From the NCBI RefSeq assembly GCF_001194135.2, contig NC_068990.1, forward strand, positions 41,975,756-42,009,983: a stretch of DNA of 34,228 nucleotides, in the 5' to 3' direction. The position numbers and the translations under genes are program-made. Below, piece after piece: positions 12,320-24,889 of the stretch. The stretch comes from Octopus bimaculoides. Taxonomy: Eukaryota. The number at the start of each line of letters is the position of its first letter. The first letter of the stretch is position 1. The notes beneath the pieces are model-generated. The model ran no database searches and was not told the DNA's origin. It worked only from the letters and a program-made list of their open reading frames with translations.

Positions 12320-12970
12320 CTAGTGTGATAGCATTGCGATGGTATTGCTAGTGTCCAGGGTGGTCATGGATTAAATATTTTTACGTTCGCTGAAATAAAG
12401 CTGCTGCTTTCTGATTCTGCATTTTACATCGTTTTCAGTATCTCCATCATTGCTCTCATTAATGCGAAAGAGCGTGAAACGGCTCATGTCTTCAACAGCC
12501 TGATTCAACCATAATGGTCGTGTTCCTTAGCCAATGTCTACAGTTTTCCTCTTCTCTGCGTTTATTCTCAGTCTGGTTTTCTTCTCCACTTCCTCTGGGT
12601 GTCGAGACGTCTCTTTTCTGCTATCTCTGGATTCTACCAACATTGGACCATTATCAGAGAAGATCCAGGCTGGCCAACTATTTCTGAACTTGCTCATGGA
12701 TTTCGTATTTCTTGCTTCCAAATGCAATTTTTGTGACATCCACGATTAGTAGAAAGTGGAATGGTGACAGGATACATCTCTCGTGAACTCTATCGCTGAC
12801 ATAAAAGTATCTTATGTGTTTGTTTTCTCTCTTCATACTGCAACTAGACTTAAAATAAATACTTTTAAATATTGAGACGCAATGTTCAGAGTTCCTGTAA
12901 GTTTTTGATGCTCGACAGAGACTTTTGAAGAACCATGTCGAACGCTAGTCTGAAGTCAATAAACTAAAGA
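12320..12970 (-). mobile_element. RTE-clade reverse transcriptase fragment (pseudogene)
   Basis: Minus-strand motifs in order, across frameshifts: FIDFRLAFD; C(I)LSPFHFLLIVD (cf. GVRQGCILSPFLF); LD(F)SDN (cf. LDFADD); RLRINAEK; DGDTENDVKCRIRKAAA. Confidence 0.85.
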
Positions 12971-14039
12971 ATGAGATGTTAAATTTTATACATTATGTAT
13001 CGGTAAATTTAAGCTCATATCTGTTTTCGATTCCTTTTAATAGCCTATTCACTTTATTTAAGGTGCTAATTTATTTGGTAAATGTATCAACGTCACGATG
13101 TCACCTTTTCCCTAGGTAGGAATTAAATCATTCAATATATTTCTGGTTACTTTTATGTTTTTCATGTATATTTGTATGCATGTATGTATTAGTATTTGGT
13201 TTTCAAAGTGTAACAGAGAGAGAGAGAGAGAGACTGAGAGAGTGTGAGAGAGACTGAGAGAGACTGAGAGAGACAGAGAGAGTGTGTGTGTGTGCGTGTG
13301 TGTGTGTGTGTGTGTATGTGTGTATGTACGCAGACATACGTGCATATATGTACATGCACAAATATTTACGTACACACAGAAACACATATACACACACACG
13401 CAGACACGTACGCCCATATACACACACATACATAAATATACATATATGTATATGATGTATATGTGCTTGTGTGTGTGTGTATGAAGCTTTCTAAGTGTAT
13501 AATAATCTAAAATATTGATTCATGCCTTTCATATCATTACACAATTTGAAAAGTGACATAATTTAAAACATCAGTTAATTTTAAAAGCATTTATATGCAT
13601 GGAAATTATTAATTCTATAATTTGATTGAAATAGCGCCATTCGTTTGTGAAGGCATTAAAAATCAGCCGAGGTACTAAGCTAAAATAATTATATCAAGGT
13701 GTTAATATTGAACGTAGAACAATGTAGCGGTGTATATGTATTAGGCTGTGTGTAATAGATGTGCATCTAGTCGTGAATGTATGTGCGTAAGTGCATTTTT
13801 GTTTGTATGTGTGTGCAAAAATATTCTAGCTTTACACTGAATTTCGATATATTTAATTATAATTTTCTCATATTTTGTCTAATGAATTTTTGCTATGATT
13901 TAAAAGGTATAAATTCTACTTGCTAGCACAGTATTAGAGTTCTTTGGTCCGTCACCCCTTATCTTAAACAATCGTATATTAAACCTGCTATTTAGATTTC
14001 AGAAAAGATTAAAACATTTACTGTGCTAGACATTAGTTA

Positions 14040-14069
14040 TTATTGTTGTTGTTGTTGTCGTTGTTGTTA

Positions 14070-14121
<52 letters not shown>

Positions 14122-14150
14122 CATAATTATTATTATTATTGCTTAACTAA
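14040..14150. repeat. (GTT)n-(ATT)n microsatellite
   Basis: Directly visible. Confidence 0.95.
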
Positions 14151-14509
14151 CTGGTTGTGTTTAATCCTAAATGAAAAACATGAAGAAGAGATCAGGCTTA
14201 TACATTCGTATAATGTTAAATGTAGCAACTTCGGGGACGAAAGCAAGTGGTTCACTTCGATTAAATTCAGCATTTGTGATACTCTGACTAAACTTTTTGG
14301 TAACAAATATATAAATTCGTATGTTTTCTTATATTCTAATTTATTTGACATCTTCCAGTAAAGAAGAGGGTGGCTCTAACATAGAAACAAAGCTCGTTAG
14401 ACGTCGATAACGAAAAGAAATTCACATTGTGTGTTTAAGTAAGTCTTCCATATTTTTATTGTCTCGCTTGCAGATTGTATCTGTGTGGTTAGTGTTAAGT
14501 AGTTAAATT

Positions 14510-14665
14510 TTTTCCTGCAAACCCAAGGCCTGCATCAAAGGAATCGATGATGTGGGAGGACCAGGAAGTGTCATGAACTTGAGGAACAAAACTGGTTCAG
14601 ACGCTTCAAGGGAAATGATACCAGCCACGATGACAAGCCAATGTCAGGGAGATCTGCCGTATAAG
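14510..14665 (+). mobile_element. Mariner transposase N-terminal HTH fragment
   Basis: KGIDDVGGPGSV, then after a frameshift NWFRRFKGNDTSHDDKPMSGRSAV, which matches the mariner motif WFxRFxxGDxSLEDxPRSGRP. Confidence 0.7.
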
Positions 14666-14676
14666 ATCATACTTTG

Positions 14677-14719
<43 letters not shown>

Positions 14720-14832
14720 AGATAAAGGAGGTATGTGAACTACTGTAACTGAATAAACTTTTTAAAAAGTTTAAAGTTAAACGTGAAAATCTGGAAGCTT
14801 TTTTTTTTCTTTTTGCAAATTCCTTATAAAGT

Positions 14833-15115
14833 ATCTCAAAAAATCTCAAAATGCGTTTAAAGAAAATTCTTTAGAAGTTGTAAAATCTTTCCATAAGTCT
14901 TCTACAATTCGGAAAATCTTTAAAAAATGACTCAAAATGTCTTTAAAGAATCTCAAAATCAAAAACCTTTCCAAATGATTCAGAGTTTTGTAGTTTTAAA
15001 GTGTTTTAAAAGTTTTAAAAGTTCTGAATATGTGTTTCAAAAGCTGCAGGGGTTTCAAAATGTTCATTGATGTACAAGAAAAATGGTCAGATAAACAGAG
15101 AGGTGAGTCGGTAGG

Positions 15116-15155
<40 letters not shown>

Positions 15156-15310
15156 ACCTACATGTGGTGTGTGATTTGTGGAGAGACTTGTTAGGTTTAT
15201 AGGTTTAAGATTTTTTGAGATTTTTGAATTGTTCTAGAAAAATTGAGTGTTTTTTAAACTTCTTGAAATATTTTCTTTAAACGATTGTTTTGAGATGTTT
15301 CTTTTGAGAT
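14833..15310. repeat. Degenerate inverted repeat built from AAAATCTC-like units, with a (GATA)n tract between the arms
   Basis: CGTTTAAAGAAAAT (14854-14867) is the exact reverse complement of 15270-15283. The flanking ATCTCAAAA, AGAAGTT, ACAATTC and AAAATCT blocks are also collinear. Confidence 0.6.
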
Positions 15311-15714
15311 NNNNNNNNNNNNNNNNNNNNNNNNNNNNNNNNNNNNNNNNNNNNNNNNNNNNNNNNNNNNNNNNNNNNNNNNNNNNNNNNNNNNNNNNNN
15401 NNNNNNNNNNNNNNNNNNNNNNNNNNNNNNNNNNNNNNNNNNNNNNNNNNNNNNNNNNNNNNNNNNNNNNNNNNNNNNNNNNNNNNNNNNNNNNNNNNNN
15501 NNNNNNNNNNNNNNNNNNNNNNNNNNNNNNNNNNNNNNNNNNNNNNNNNNNNNNNNNNNNNNNNNNNNNNNNNNNNNNNNNNNNNNNNNNNNNNNNNNNN
15601 NNNNNNNNNNNNNNNNNNNNNNNNNNNNNNNNNNNNNNNNNNNNNNNNNNNNNNNNNNNNNNNNNNNNNNNNNNNNNNNNNNNNNNNNNNNNNNNNNNNN
15701 NNNNNNNNNNNNNN

Positions 15715-15780
15715 GTGGAGGGAATTGTCCTATGGGTGGAGGGAATTGTCCTCGGAGGTGTGGAGGGAATTGTCTTGATT
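15715..15780. repeat. Minisatellite, core GTGGAGGGAATTGTC (21-24 bp period)
   Basis: Three copies are visible immediately after gap 15311-15714. Confidence 0.85.
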
Positions 15781-15894
15781 TCGTAGATATCATCAATGCA
15801 GATCTCTCCCGACCAATGCACATACTTAACTTCGCGAAGACTACACCAAGATTTCAGACTATCCCCCCCCCCCCACAAGACCGGTAAATAATTA

Positions 15895-16300
15895 AGCCCC
15901 GATCAATTGATAACCTTCTACAAAGCTCCGGTGTGATTTTCTCTACTGAACTCTTCCCACATGGAAAGACAGTCCTTTTCTTATTCACTGAGACATCTTA
16001 GGCCGCATCTAGTCAAAGGCCGCTCAGCTAAGTGCCGCAAGTTCTCTCACCAACCCATTCAAACGCACTGTTTCCTCTCTATTTTATCTACTACTTCAAC
16101 GATAGCCTTTGCTATTCAAAGTTTGTTGATTTAATACAGCCTCCACTCTCAGACTTCTGAGACATTCATCTTTTCTTCTTCCACAACCCATGTTTGTCTA
16201 TCATATTCAAACTCCACACTGAGCAGTATCACCAGTATTTCCTCCTCAAGAATTCAAACCTTGCTCATGTTTTTTTTTTTTTATAGCATTGGCTTCTTCA
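15895..16300 (+). mobile_element. CR1/L2/Jockey-group LINE, 3' part of ORF2 (degenerate)
   Basis: QLITFYKAPV*FSLLNSSH (cf. LxLYKAQVRPxLEYCSHIW), KRTVSSL..FY, and DLIQPPL..NP....FKLHTEQYHQYFL (cf. RTxxYxxSFxPRT). Confidence 0.65.
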
Positions 16301-16507
16301 AATTGGACGATAACTGTGGCCCTGGTTACAGTCCCTGCCTGCTGAACAAACCTGTAATATATCAGTTGAGGCTAAATGTGTCAAAGCATGCGGTTGCTTA
16401 TGGATACTTACTAATTATGATATGCAGACAGAGAAATCTTGATTTAGCAATCCCACCGCCGCTGCTGAACGGTTTTCATCTACTGCTGATACGCTTCTGT
16501 GCTGTGC

Positions 16508-16569
<62 letters not shown>

Positions 16570-16574
16570 TTGCC

Positions 16575-16985
16575 CACTATGACAGGAGAGTCATGGGAGT
16601 AGAGTCGTAAGACACCTTCTCCATAAGGTTCCTATGAGCAACAACGCTCATTACATTTAGTCGCTAGATTTCCAGACGTGACCAACTGACACTATGGATA
16701 TAATCCAAACATATCGCTCTTAGTTTACCTCTAGTATCTGCCGGTTGGCTCTGCTTGAAGAATCCTTCTGGCGATCTTATCTTGCGATATTCCAATCAGA
16801 TATCCGTAGTACGGGAATTGTGATTTCTAAATGAAGAGAAATAGTAACTCGGCTTGGAAAGATTCCATGATCTCAGATCTACGCATCCTAACGAGTAACG
16901 TAACTCCAGAGATTCTTTGGAGAAACCACATGTCGGCCAATTGTATTTGCGATTGTAACTTTTCTCCCATTTATCCATCATCCAA
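16575..16985 (-). mobile_element. RTE-clade LINE 3' end
   Basis: One minus-strand frame reads KLQSQIQLADMWFLQRISGVTLLVRMRRSEIMESFQAELLFLFI*KSQFPYYGYLIGISQDKIARRILQAEPTGRY*R. This is the RTE pattern IQAAEMxFLRRIxG..SEIRE..IERSQLRWxGH..PTGxRPRGRP. Confidence 0.85.
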
Positions 16986-17081
16986 AAACAAAGATGTGTA
17001 AAGGCACGAAACTAGAACTGAATATGCTAATTAGTGTATTCAAATTTTTTTCTTTTTACGATCGCTCTTACATATGTGTAT

Positions 17082-17112
<31 letters not shown>

Positions 17113-17330
17113 GTTAACGCCCGTTTACCATGCTGGCATGGGTTGGACGGTTTGACAGAAACTGACCAGCTGAAGGTCTGTTCAAGCTCCATGTCTGTTT
17201 TGGGACTGTTTCTACGGTTGGATGCCCTTCCTAACGCCAACTACTTTACAGAATGTATTGGGTGCTTTTACGCATCACCGGTACCGGTGCTTTCTACGTG
17301 GCACCAGCACTTATGAACCCGCAAAATTAG
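17082..17330 (-). mobile_element. SINE family C, 3' portion with (ATG)n tail
   Basis: (CAT)n tail at 17082-17112, then GTTAACGCCCGTTTACCATGCTGGCATGGGTTGGACGGTTTGAC and a central GGATGCCCTTCCTAACGCCAAC. I recall this as an abundant octopus repeat with an RTE-type tail; not verified. Confidence 0.75.
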
Positions 17331-17364
17331 CGATGCACAACTGGAGGAGGTTGCAAAGGACAAG

Positions 17365-17442
<78 letters not shown>

Positions 17443-17717
17443 TGCACATACAGATACGCGCACACAAATACACATACAGTTTAGGATAGAGTTATCTTCC
17501 GAAAAGTCGGAGATTATGCTACACTAAAGAATACAAGAAAGGAAGGAAGGAAATAGAGGAGAAAGAAAGAAAGAAATAAATAAAGAAAGAAAACTGGCAA
17601 GACATGGCTATCCTGTATAAAGAATTCAAACTGATGGTTATAGACAACGGGTAAATAGAGAAAGAGAGCAGATGAGAAAGAAAGAGGGGAAGAGAGAAGC
17701 ATACACAGAAATAGATG

Positions 17718-17719
<2 letters not shown>

Positions 17720-17773
<54 letters not shown>

Positions 17774-17820
17774 AGTAGAAAATAGGAAAATAAGAAAAAG
17801 AAGAGGAGAGATTGATTTGC

Positions 17821-17892
<72 letters not shown>

Positions 17893-17900
17893 ACAGAGAG
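17720..17900. repeat. (GA)n and (GATA)n microsatellites
   Basis: Directly visible. Confidence 0.95.
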
Positions 17901-19289
17901 AGAGAGAGAGAGATTGTTAGAAACATATATACAAATGAAAAAAGAGAATGGCGGTGAAAGCGGTAGAACGCAAATGCTAATTGAAACAGCAACAACAACA
18001 CCAGCAGTAACAATAACAACAATATATTATATAACTTTAAGTAAACAAGTGTGAGAGGTGAGACGTCTAATCCATTCTTATTCTCTCGGTGTAACATTAA
18101 CTGTCGTAGTTAATGCCAAAACCTTGGACGTAGCCAAAAACCATTTCTATTATTCCGCTATTCCGTAAATCTCTAAAAGGCACCCTTGAATACCAACAGT
18201 AGAAACACTAATTTTACTATGGCTTGCAGACAATCCATTGTAGAGCCACTTGTACAAACGACTGAATGAATGAGCGAGCGATTAAGAGAATGAGAGAATG
18301 AAAGGAATAAATGAATAAAGAATGGCGGTAAGCGATATCACTGAAATAAACGATTCTACCGTCACTTTACACTTTGTGTGGATGTGTGCGGAAGATGTAT
18401 AGGTGTGTGTGTGTGTGTGAGAATGAGGATGTATACGTAATTGTGTGTATGTGTGTGACGGTGTATCTAAGTGGGGTGTCTATATGTAAATGTGTAGGTG
18501 TATGCGTGAGTATATCTATTTGTCGGGTGTAAATGCGTGTGTCTACATTAGTGTGTGTGTGTGTACGAGCATGACAATGCGCATCTGTGCACGCAGTGTG
18601 TATGTAGGCAAGTGTGTGTGTTTGTGTGTGGATGTACCCATGCATATATGTGAGTGCGTGCGTGTGTATATGTCCGTATACATGTGAGTGTGTGTGTGTG
18701 TGTGTATGTCCGTATACATGTGTGTATGTGTGTGTATGCATGCATATGAACAAATGTGTGAATGTAGTAAATTAGGGATATATATCTGTATTTGTGCGAA
18801 TGTGTATGCGAGCATGTATATGTGTGTATGTATGTATGTAGCTGTGTATGTGTTTATATATATGTATATATATAGTCGAGCTGACGTTTATGTGTGTGTG
18901 TGCTGTAAGGTGTTTGTGTGCTGTAAGGTGTTTGTGTGCATTTGTGTCTATATGTCTGTATCATGGCCGTTGTAACAGCAAGCCGTCATTACCGCCCTTT
19001 CGTCTCCACTTGGGATATATATACGCATTCGCCTGCAGGAAAAGAAATACAAACAAAAACAAACGATGATAGCTATAACAACAGAATGAAGTAAATAAAT
19101 CGTATGATTGTGATTTGATTGGATGACAAAGCCAGAAGAATGTTGATTGGCTGTTGTTGGTCTGAGAGGAACCATATTTGTTACCAAAACGGTCAACTGT
19201 TCCCCAGACTGAATGAAAGCGGTGTGAAAACGATGGTTTAACAACACGTCTTTATTAAACGTCTACATGATTATTGGTGATAAAAGCTC

Positions 19290-19870
19290 ACCGTAGGGAG
19301 AGAGGGAGAAATGTTGAGAGGAAGAAAGAGGTAGAAATGTTGCGTGGAAGAAAGAGAGAGAGTGGGGGGAGCGAGGAGTGGAAAGAGGAAGAGAGAAAGA
19401 GGAGAGACTGAGAAGTAGGAAAGATTGTGAATGTGAAGAGAGAGATGATTGGGTGAAGCAGAGAGCAGGTAGGGAAGGTCGGGTTGAAGGTGTAAGGAGA
19501 GAGGGGAGAGAAAGACGTAAATGAGAACAGGGAAAGATGGGGAAGAAGGAGGAGAAGAGAGTAGAAGAGAAATATCGAAAGAGAAACAAAGACGATGGCG
19601 AAAGAGAGAGAGAGAGAGAGAGAGAGAAAAAGAGAGAAAATGATGTCGACGGAGACAGAATGAGAGATGGAGAGAGAGAGAGAGAAAGATGGCAACGGAG
19701 ACAGAACGAGAGCTAGCGAATGAGTGAGAGAGAGAGAGAGAAAGAGAAAGAGAAAGTAAGAGAGTAGTAAGAAGTGGTGGCAGAGAGCGGGAGAAAGATG
19801 ACTTGAAAGTGAAGCGGAATGATGAGTTGTAGGAAGAGGAAGAGAGGAATTTTGAGAAGGAAAAGGAATA
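19290..19870. repeat. Purine-rich (GA/GGA/GAA) low-complexity tract
   Basis: Directly visible. It explains the S/L/F-rich minus-strand ORFs. Confidence 0.9.
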
Positions 19871-21334
19871 TAGAGAGAACAAGATATGTTTCTTTAATAG
19901 CTACACAGGGCTCAACATAGAAGGGACAGAATACAAATGTAGAGTTTTTCTTNNNNNNNNNNNNNNNNNNNNNNNNNNNNNNNNNNNNNNNNNNNNNNNN
20001 NNNNNNNNNNNNNNNNNNNNNNNNNNNNNNNNNNNNNNNNNNNNNNNNNNNNCGTCTATTCCTATCTCTGCCCACATAGTCTAGATGCGTGTCCAAGGTA
20101 GAGCTACTTGAGAAAGGGAGAAGGAATGAGGGAGAGATTTTGCAGAGTAATAGGATAGAATAGTGGGAGAAGAGGGGGTAAGAGAATCAGAGAGAGAAAG
20201 AGAAAAAAACGAAAGAGTAAACAGATCGTATAGAGTGCGCATCAGAATTATTAAGAAATAAACTTACTTGGAAGAGGATGTGTGGCGTTCAATCATATAA
20301 TGATATAAATAATNNNNNNNNNNNNNNNNNNNNNNNNNNNNNNNNNNNNNNNNNNNNNNNNNNNNNNNNNNNNNNNNNNNNNNNNNNNNNNNNNNNNNNN
20401 NNNNNNNNNNNNNNNNNNNNNNNNNNNNNNNNNNNNNNNNNNNNNNNNNNNNNNNNNNNNNNNNNNNNNNNNNNNNNNNNNNNNNNNNNNNNNNNNNATA
20501 TATATATATATATATATACGTGTGAGTACGCATATATTCTGATGCCAGTAAGCCATTGCTGGAACATTAACCAGTTGATATAATGGCAGGTATGCCAATA
20601 AGCCAATATTACACATAAGCACTGGTTCTATATCACTTCTTTATTATTTATTTGGTAATTGGTTAACTATTTAACCAATTAACTTTTTGATTAATTATTC
20701 AGTTAGTCAATCAGCTAGGTTTTTCAAAGTCATTTGCAACTGAGAAAGCAAAGAAATGAATTAGGTTACCAGTAAGAACATATCTCCTTTGATAAGGCTG
20801 CATGTACAAACAGGAATTGTATTATGTAGAAAACAAACAAACCCTATGGTCAAATGTAAAGCGAGAAATGAAGTTCACCATTTAAAATTGTACGGGGTAG
20901 GGCGGTGAATGTAGAAACTAAAGTATCAAGAGTATAGAGGAAAGAATAGAGGCCCATTGGAACGAATACTGTGATAAGAAAATCACGTCAGTACTCTGTC
21001 AGCATACTAAAGATAAGCACAAATACATGATGAATAACATTTAATAAAATCTATACCACTACTGCCACTCACTCACTCACTTCTTCCTCTCCTCCTTCAT
21101 CATCCTCATCATCATCTTGTCTTCTTTTTTCTATTTCTTATCCTTTATCATCCTCCCATCTATTTCCTTCTCTTCTTTCTTCACTTTAATCTTACCCCTC
21201 ATCACATTCCCATCTTATTACACAGTCTCCTTTTCTCTCACACTCATTTTGTAACTTCTTTTGGCACACCTGTGTGTATTGTGCGAGTGCAGAATTATGT
21301 GATTTACATGATTGGGACTGATTGAAGTTCATCT

Positions 21335-22094
21335 ATGTCCAAACTCTTCGTCAGGGAACTCTTCGTCAAATTCTTGAATAATTTAAAGATTAGTGAGGAA
21401 AAGTGTGTTGAATTTGAACTTATTACCAGGGGACAAAAAAAAAACAGAACATGGAAAGAACAAAAGAAGGGTCGAATTACCAGTTCTAGTTTTGGTCATA
21501 TCTTTGTTCGTAAAGACATGATTCCATCGGACAACCTTGTAAAACAAGTAATGGGGTATAACAAAAAAATTCAAAATAGCCATACCTGCTGTGGTATAAG
21601 CCATGAGCCTGCTGTTCGACGATTATATAGAAAAAGGATATAAGCAGTTCACCCCAATACAAGTTTGAAGGATTGTGGATTGATAATTAATCCCTCCTAT
21701 ACATATCTTGATGCATGCCCAGATGGATTAGTTGACATACCTAACTTTCCAAATGGATCAGGATTGCTTGAAATTAAATGTCCATCAAGTGACAAATGGA
21801 AATGTTTATTCCCATATGAATGTAGAAAGGACAGTGCTTTCTTTTGTTCTGTTAAAGTTGTGCTGAAAGAGCATCACTCCTATTTTTATCAATTGCAAGG
21901 GCAGATGGCATTAACTGGAAAAAAATGGTGTGATTTTGTAGTATGTACCCTTAAACATCCATTGTCAGTGGAGAGGATCTACTTTGATGTGGTTAACAAT
22001 GGTGGAAAAACTGAAAACATTCTATCTTAGAGGTGTTCTGCCTGAAGTATTCTCCAGTCAAGTAAAGCGAGATGTCCCACTTTATGCAAGCTAG
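21335..22094 (+). pseudogene. YqaJ-like viral recombinase / lambda-exonuclease family (PD-(D/E)xK) reading frame, probably from a DNA transposon
   Basis: ORFs 21335-21643 and 21665-22030 are in the same frame, split by a single TAA. Motifs are TRGQ..N..W...K.GRITSSSF, GISHE, YLDACPDGLV, LEIKCP and YFYQLQGQMALTG..WCDFVV..VERI.FD. After one frameshift near 21990 it continues WLTMVEKLKTFYLRGVLPEVF...YAS* (TAG 22092-22094). Confidence 0.9.
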
Positions 22095-22193
22095 ATATTA
22101 TGTCCCAGTGTACCTTACATCCCAGCAGTGTAATGTGTATATTATATCCAGGCTGTGTATGCAAACAAGAACACAAGAGAGAGTACCTTAATA

Positions 22194-22985
22194 TATCAGG
22201 TCCTCCCATAAATTCTGTCCGATTTTACCTTTTAAAAAATTGAATGAAATTTAATAGTATTTTAGAATGTCTAATGTAATTTAAAATTATTTTTATGCAT
22301 TTGTGCACATTTAAACTAATTAAATTTTACAGAATAATAGAATTAAAATTTCTTTGATTAAAACCCTTTCTAATATGGAAGTATCCAAAGAGCATTTGAG
22401 ACACATAATGCTTTATGAGTACAAAAAAGCAAACTGCATCCGAAGCGACCCGAAACATACACTCAGTTTATGGGAAAGAATGCTTGAATGAAAGAACTTA
22501 CAGAAGATGGTTTGAAAAATTCAGAAGTGGAGATTTCAGCCTTGAAGATGAAGATCGAACAGGACGTTCATTTGAGTTTGATGATAAGCTCCTTGAGGTA
22601 TTACTTGAAGAAAATCCTGCGTTATCAGTTGAAGAATTAGCAATAAGGCTTAATTCAAACTATACAACTGTTCATCATCATCTTCAACAACTTTGAAAAT
22701 GGGTGCCTCAGGAATTGTCCGAAAGCAACTACAAATCCTGAGTTGACATTTGCACTTCTCTCCATTCTCGGGAACTCATTTCACCCTTTCTGGATAGACT
22801 TCTGACTGGTGACGAAAACTGGATCTATCGAAATGTTAAATGTCGGAAACAGTGGCTTGGTAAAAGGAAAAAAAGCTCAACCACAACCGAGAAGGGAGCT
22901 TCATGGGAAATAGGTTCTTCTCTCTATATGGTGGTATTGCAAAGGAGTAATTCACTTTGAATTGTTACCACCTTATCGGAACCAC
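22194..22985 (+). mobile_element. Mariner DNA transposon, 5' half (left TIR plus disrupted transposase)
   Basis: TA followed by TCAGGTCCTCCCATAAATTCTGTCCGATTTT, a mariner-like TIR. The ATG at 22375 gives MEVSKEHLRHIMLYEYKK, then ASEATRNI..VYG..RWFEKFRSGDFSLEDEDRTGR, WVPQEL (22700), TGDENW (first catalytic D at 22811) and SIWWYCKGVIHFELLP. It has stops and frameshifts, and the 3' half and right TIR are missing. Confidence 0.95.
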
Positions 22986-23354
22986 CTATTAAAAGAATAT
23001 ATTTAGAGACATACGTTCACATCAAGAATTATGCCAACCATACACAATAACCATTTGTTATTATTTCATTCAAATGGATCTGAAGAGGGGAGCACGCAAC
23101 TCGTGATGCACTCCCCCTTATCTCTCTCTCTCTTTTTTTCTCTCTCTCTCTCTCTCACACACACACTCTCTTTCCTTCTCTCCCCTTCTCACATACATTC
23201 TCTCTCACATACGAACAACATTATAAATAGAGAACATATAAACCAAGAGACAGACGGATAATAACATTATAAAGACTGGCGATAGTATCTCAACGTGTGC
23301 TACATATGTTTCAGTAGCAAGGCATTTTATTAATCATACATGCATAAAATGTTT

Positions 23355-23645
23355 CTTTCAGACTAAACAACCAACCAGTCATTTAAACGAGAAATCCAGG
23401 CATTTGAGTATACTTGCTTCAGAAGGCTGCTACTCACCACAAAATTCTGCCCAAAACCATCCTTCAGGGCACAACTAAAGAAAGACAAAGGAATTCCTGG
23501 CGTGACTACATGAAAGACTGGACAAAGCCGCGACCCTGCTCCGCAAGACAGAGAACAGAAACCAGTGGTGACGGCTGACTGTAAAATTGTCTAGAATGGC
23601 ACCAGTTAAACAACTTGATAATGATGATGATGATGATGATGATAT
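23355..23645 (+). mobile_element. RTE-clade LINE 3' end with internal deletion and (ATG)n tail
   Basis: FKREIQAFEYTCFRRLL is joined to KTILQGT..RQRNSWRDYMKDWT, then ATLLRKTENRNQW*RLTVKLSRMAP, followed by (GAT)n. Confidence 0.8.
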
Positions 23646-23829
23646 ACAGACATATATACATAGAAACATACATATCTCCCACACACACACATTATAATGA
23701 TTTCATTTTATAACTGTATAGTGATACATTATTTTTTTTATCTTCAATTTTCCCGCTGTAATCAACGTTATCGCGAAAACAAAGACGCAAGAAAGTTAGT
23801 GTCATTCTCAGTCGGTATTTGGATAACAT

Positions 23830-24000
23830 CCCCAAGGAAAACAAGATGAAGCAGCGAAACTGGAAACATTTCGGTCATCGACAACCATAAGTGATTGGGA
23901 TTGAACGTCCAAACGCACAAAAATATGAGACGAAACTTCAACAGGTGGTGTCATCAATTTAGATGCGACCGGATCGAATAATGGTCGACACCTATGCAAG
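23830..24000 (+). mobile_element. Possible degenerate RTE 3' end
   Basis: KMKQRNWKHFGH resembles the RTE motif KxRRWxWxGH. The remainder is weak. Confidence 0.35.
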
Positions 24001-24065
24001 TTTACGTATGTGTGTGTGTGCGTGTGTGTCTGCTTTTTAATGTATGTGTGTGTGTCAGTATGCAT

Positions 24066-24103
<38 letters not shown>

Positions 24104-24143
24104 TTATATTTACATACATATATATACATACATACATATATAG

Positions 24144-24174
<31 letters not shown>

Positions 24175-24604
24175 NNNNNNNNNNNNNNNNNNNNNNNNNN
24201 NNNNNNNNNNNNNNNNNNNNNNNNNNNNNNNNNNNNNNNNNNNNNNNNNNNNNNNNNNNNNNNNNNNNNNNNNNNNNNNNNNNNNNNNNNNNNNNNNNNN
24301 NNNNNNNNNNNNNNNNNNNNNNNNNNNNNNNNNNNNNNNNNNNNNNNNNNNNNNNNNNNNNNNNNNNNNNNNNNNNNNNNNNNNNNNNNNNNNNNNNNNN
24401 NNNNNNNNNNNNNNNNNNNNNNNNNNNNNNNNNNNNNNNNNNNNNNNNNNNNNNNNNNNNNNNNNNNNNNNNNNNNNNNNNNNNNNNNNNNNNNNNNNNN
24501 NNNNNNNNNNNNNNNNNNNNNNNNNNNNNNNNNNNNNNNNNNNNNNNNNNNNNNNNNNNNNNNNNNNNNNNNNNNNNNNNNNNNNNNNNNNNNNNNNNNN
24601 NNNN

Positions 24605-24687
<83 letters not shown>

Positions 24688-24852
24688 GTATACACACACA
24701 CGTATATATGAATATGTATGAATATATACACACAGGGGAACAAGGAGTGAGGAAGGTAAAGAGAGAGGGGTGATTATTTGTGCCTATGTGTTCGTGAGAC
24801 CGTATATGTATACTCATGTATGTATGTATGTATGTAGTGTATGAGTGTGTGT

Positions 24853-24889
<37 letters not shown>

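Noticed and set aside
11900-12970. Adjacent opposite-strand RTE pieces suggesting a twin-priming inversion
   Set aside because: The inverted RT segment lies downstream of the sense 3' end, which is the wrong order for twin priming. Independent insertions are more likely.
14359-14438. 80-bp segment between TCTTCCAG and GTAAGT
   Set aside because: It has stops in all three frames and lies beside a mariner relic. It could only be a non-coding exon, and nothing supports that.
19110-19155. Two GATTGG (reverse CCAAT) boxes 28 bp apart
   Set aside because: There is no associated gene start or CpG-rich region, and short motifs like these are expected by chance.
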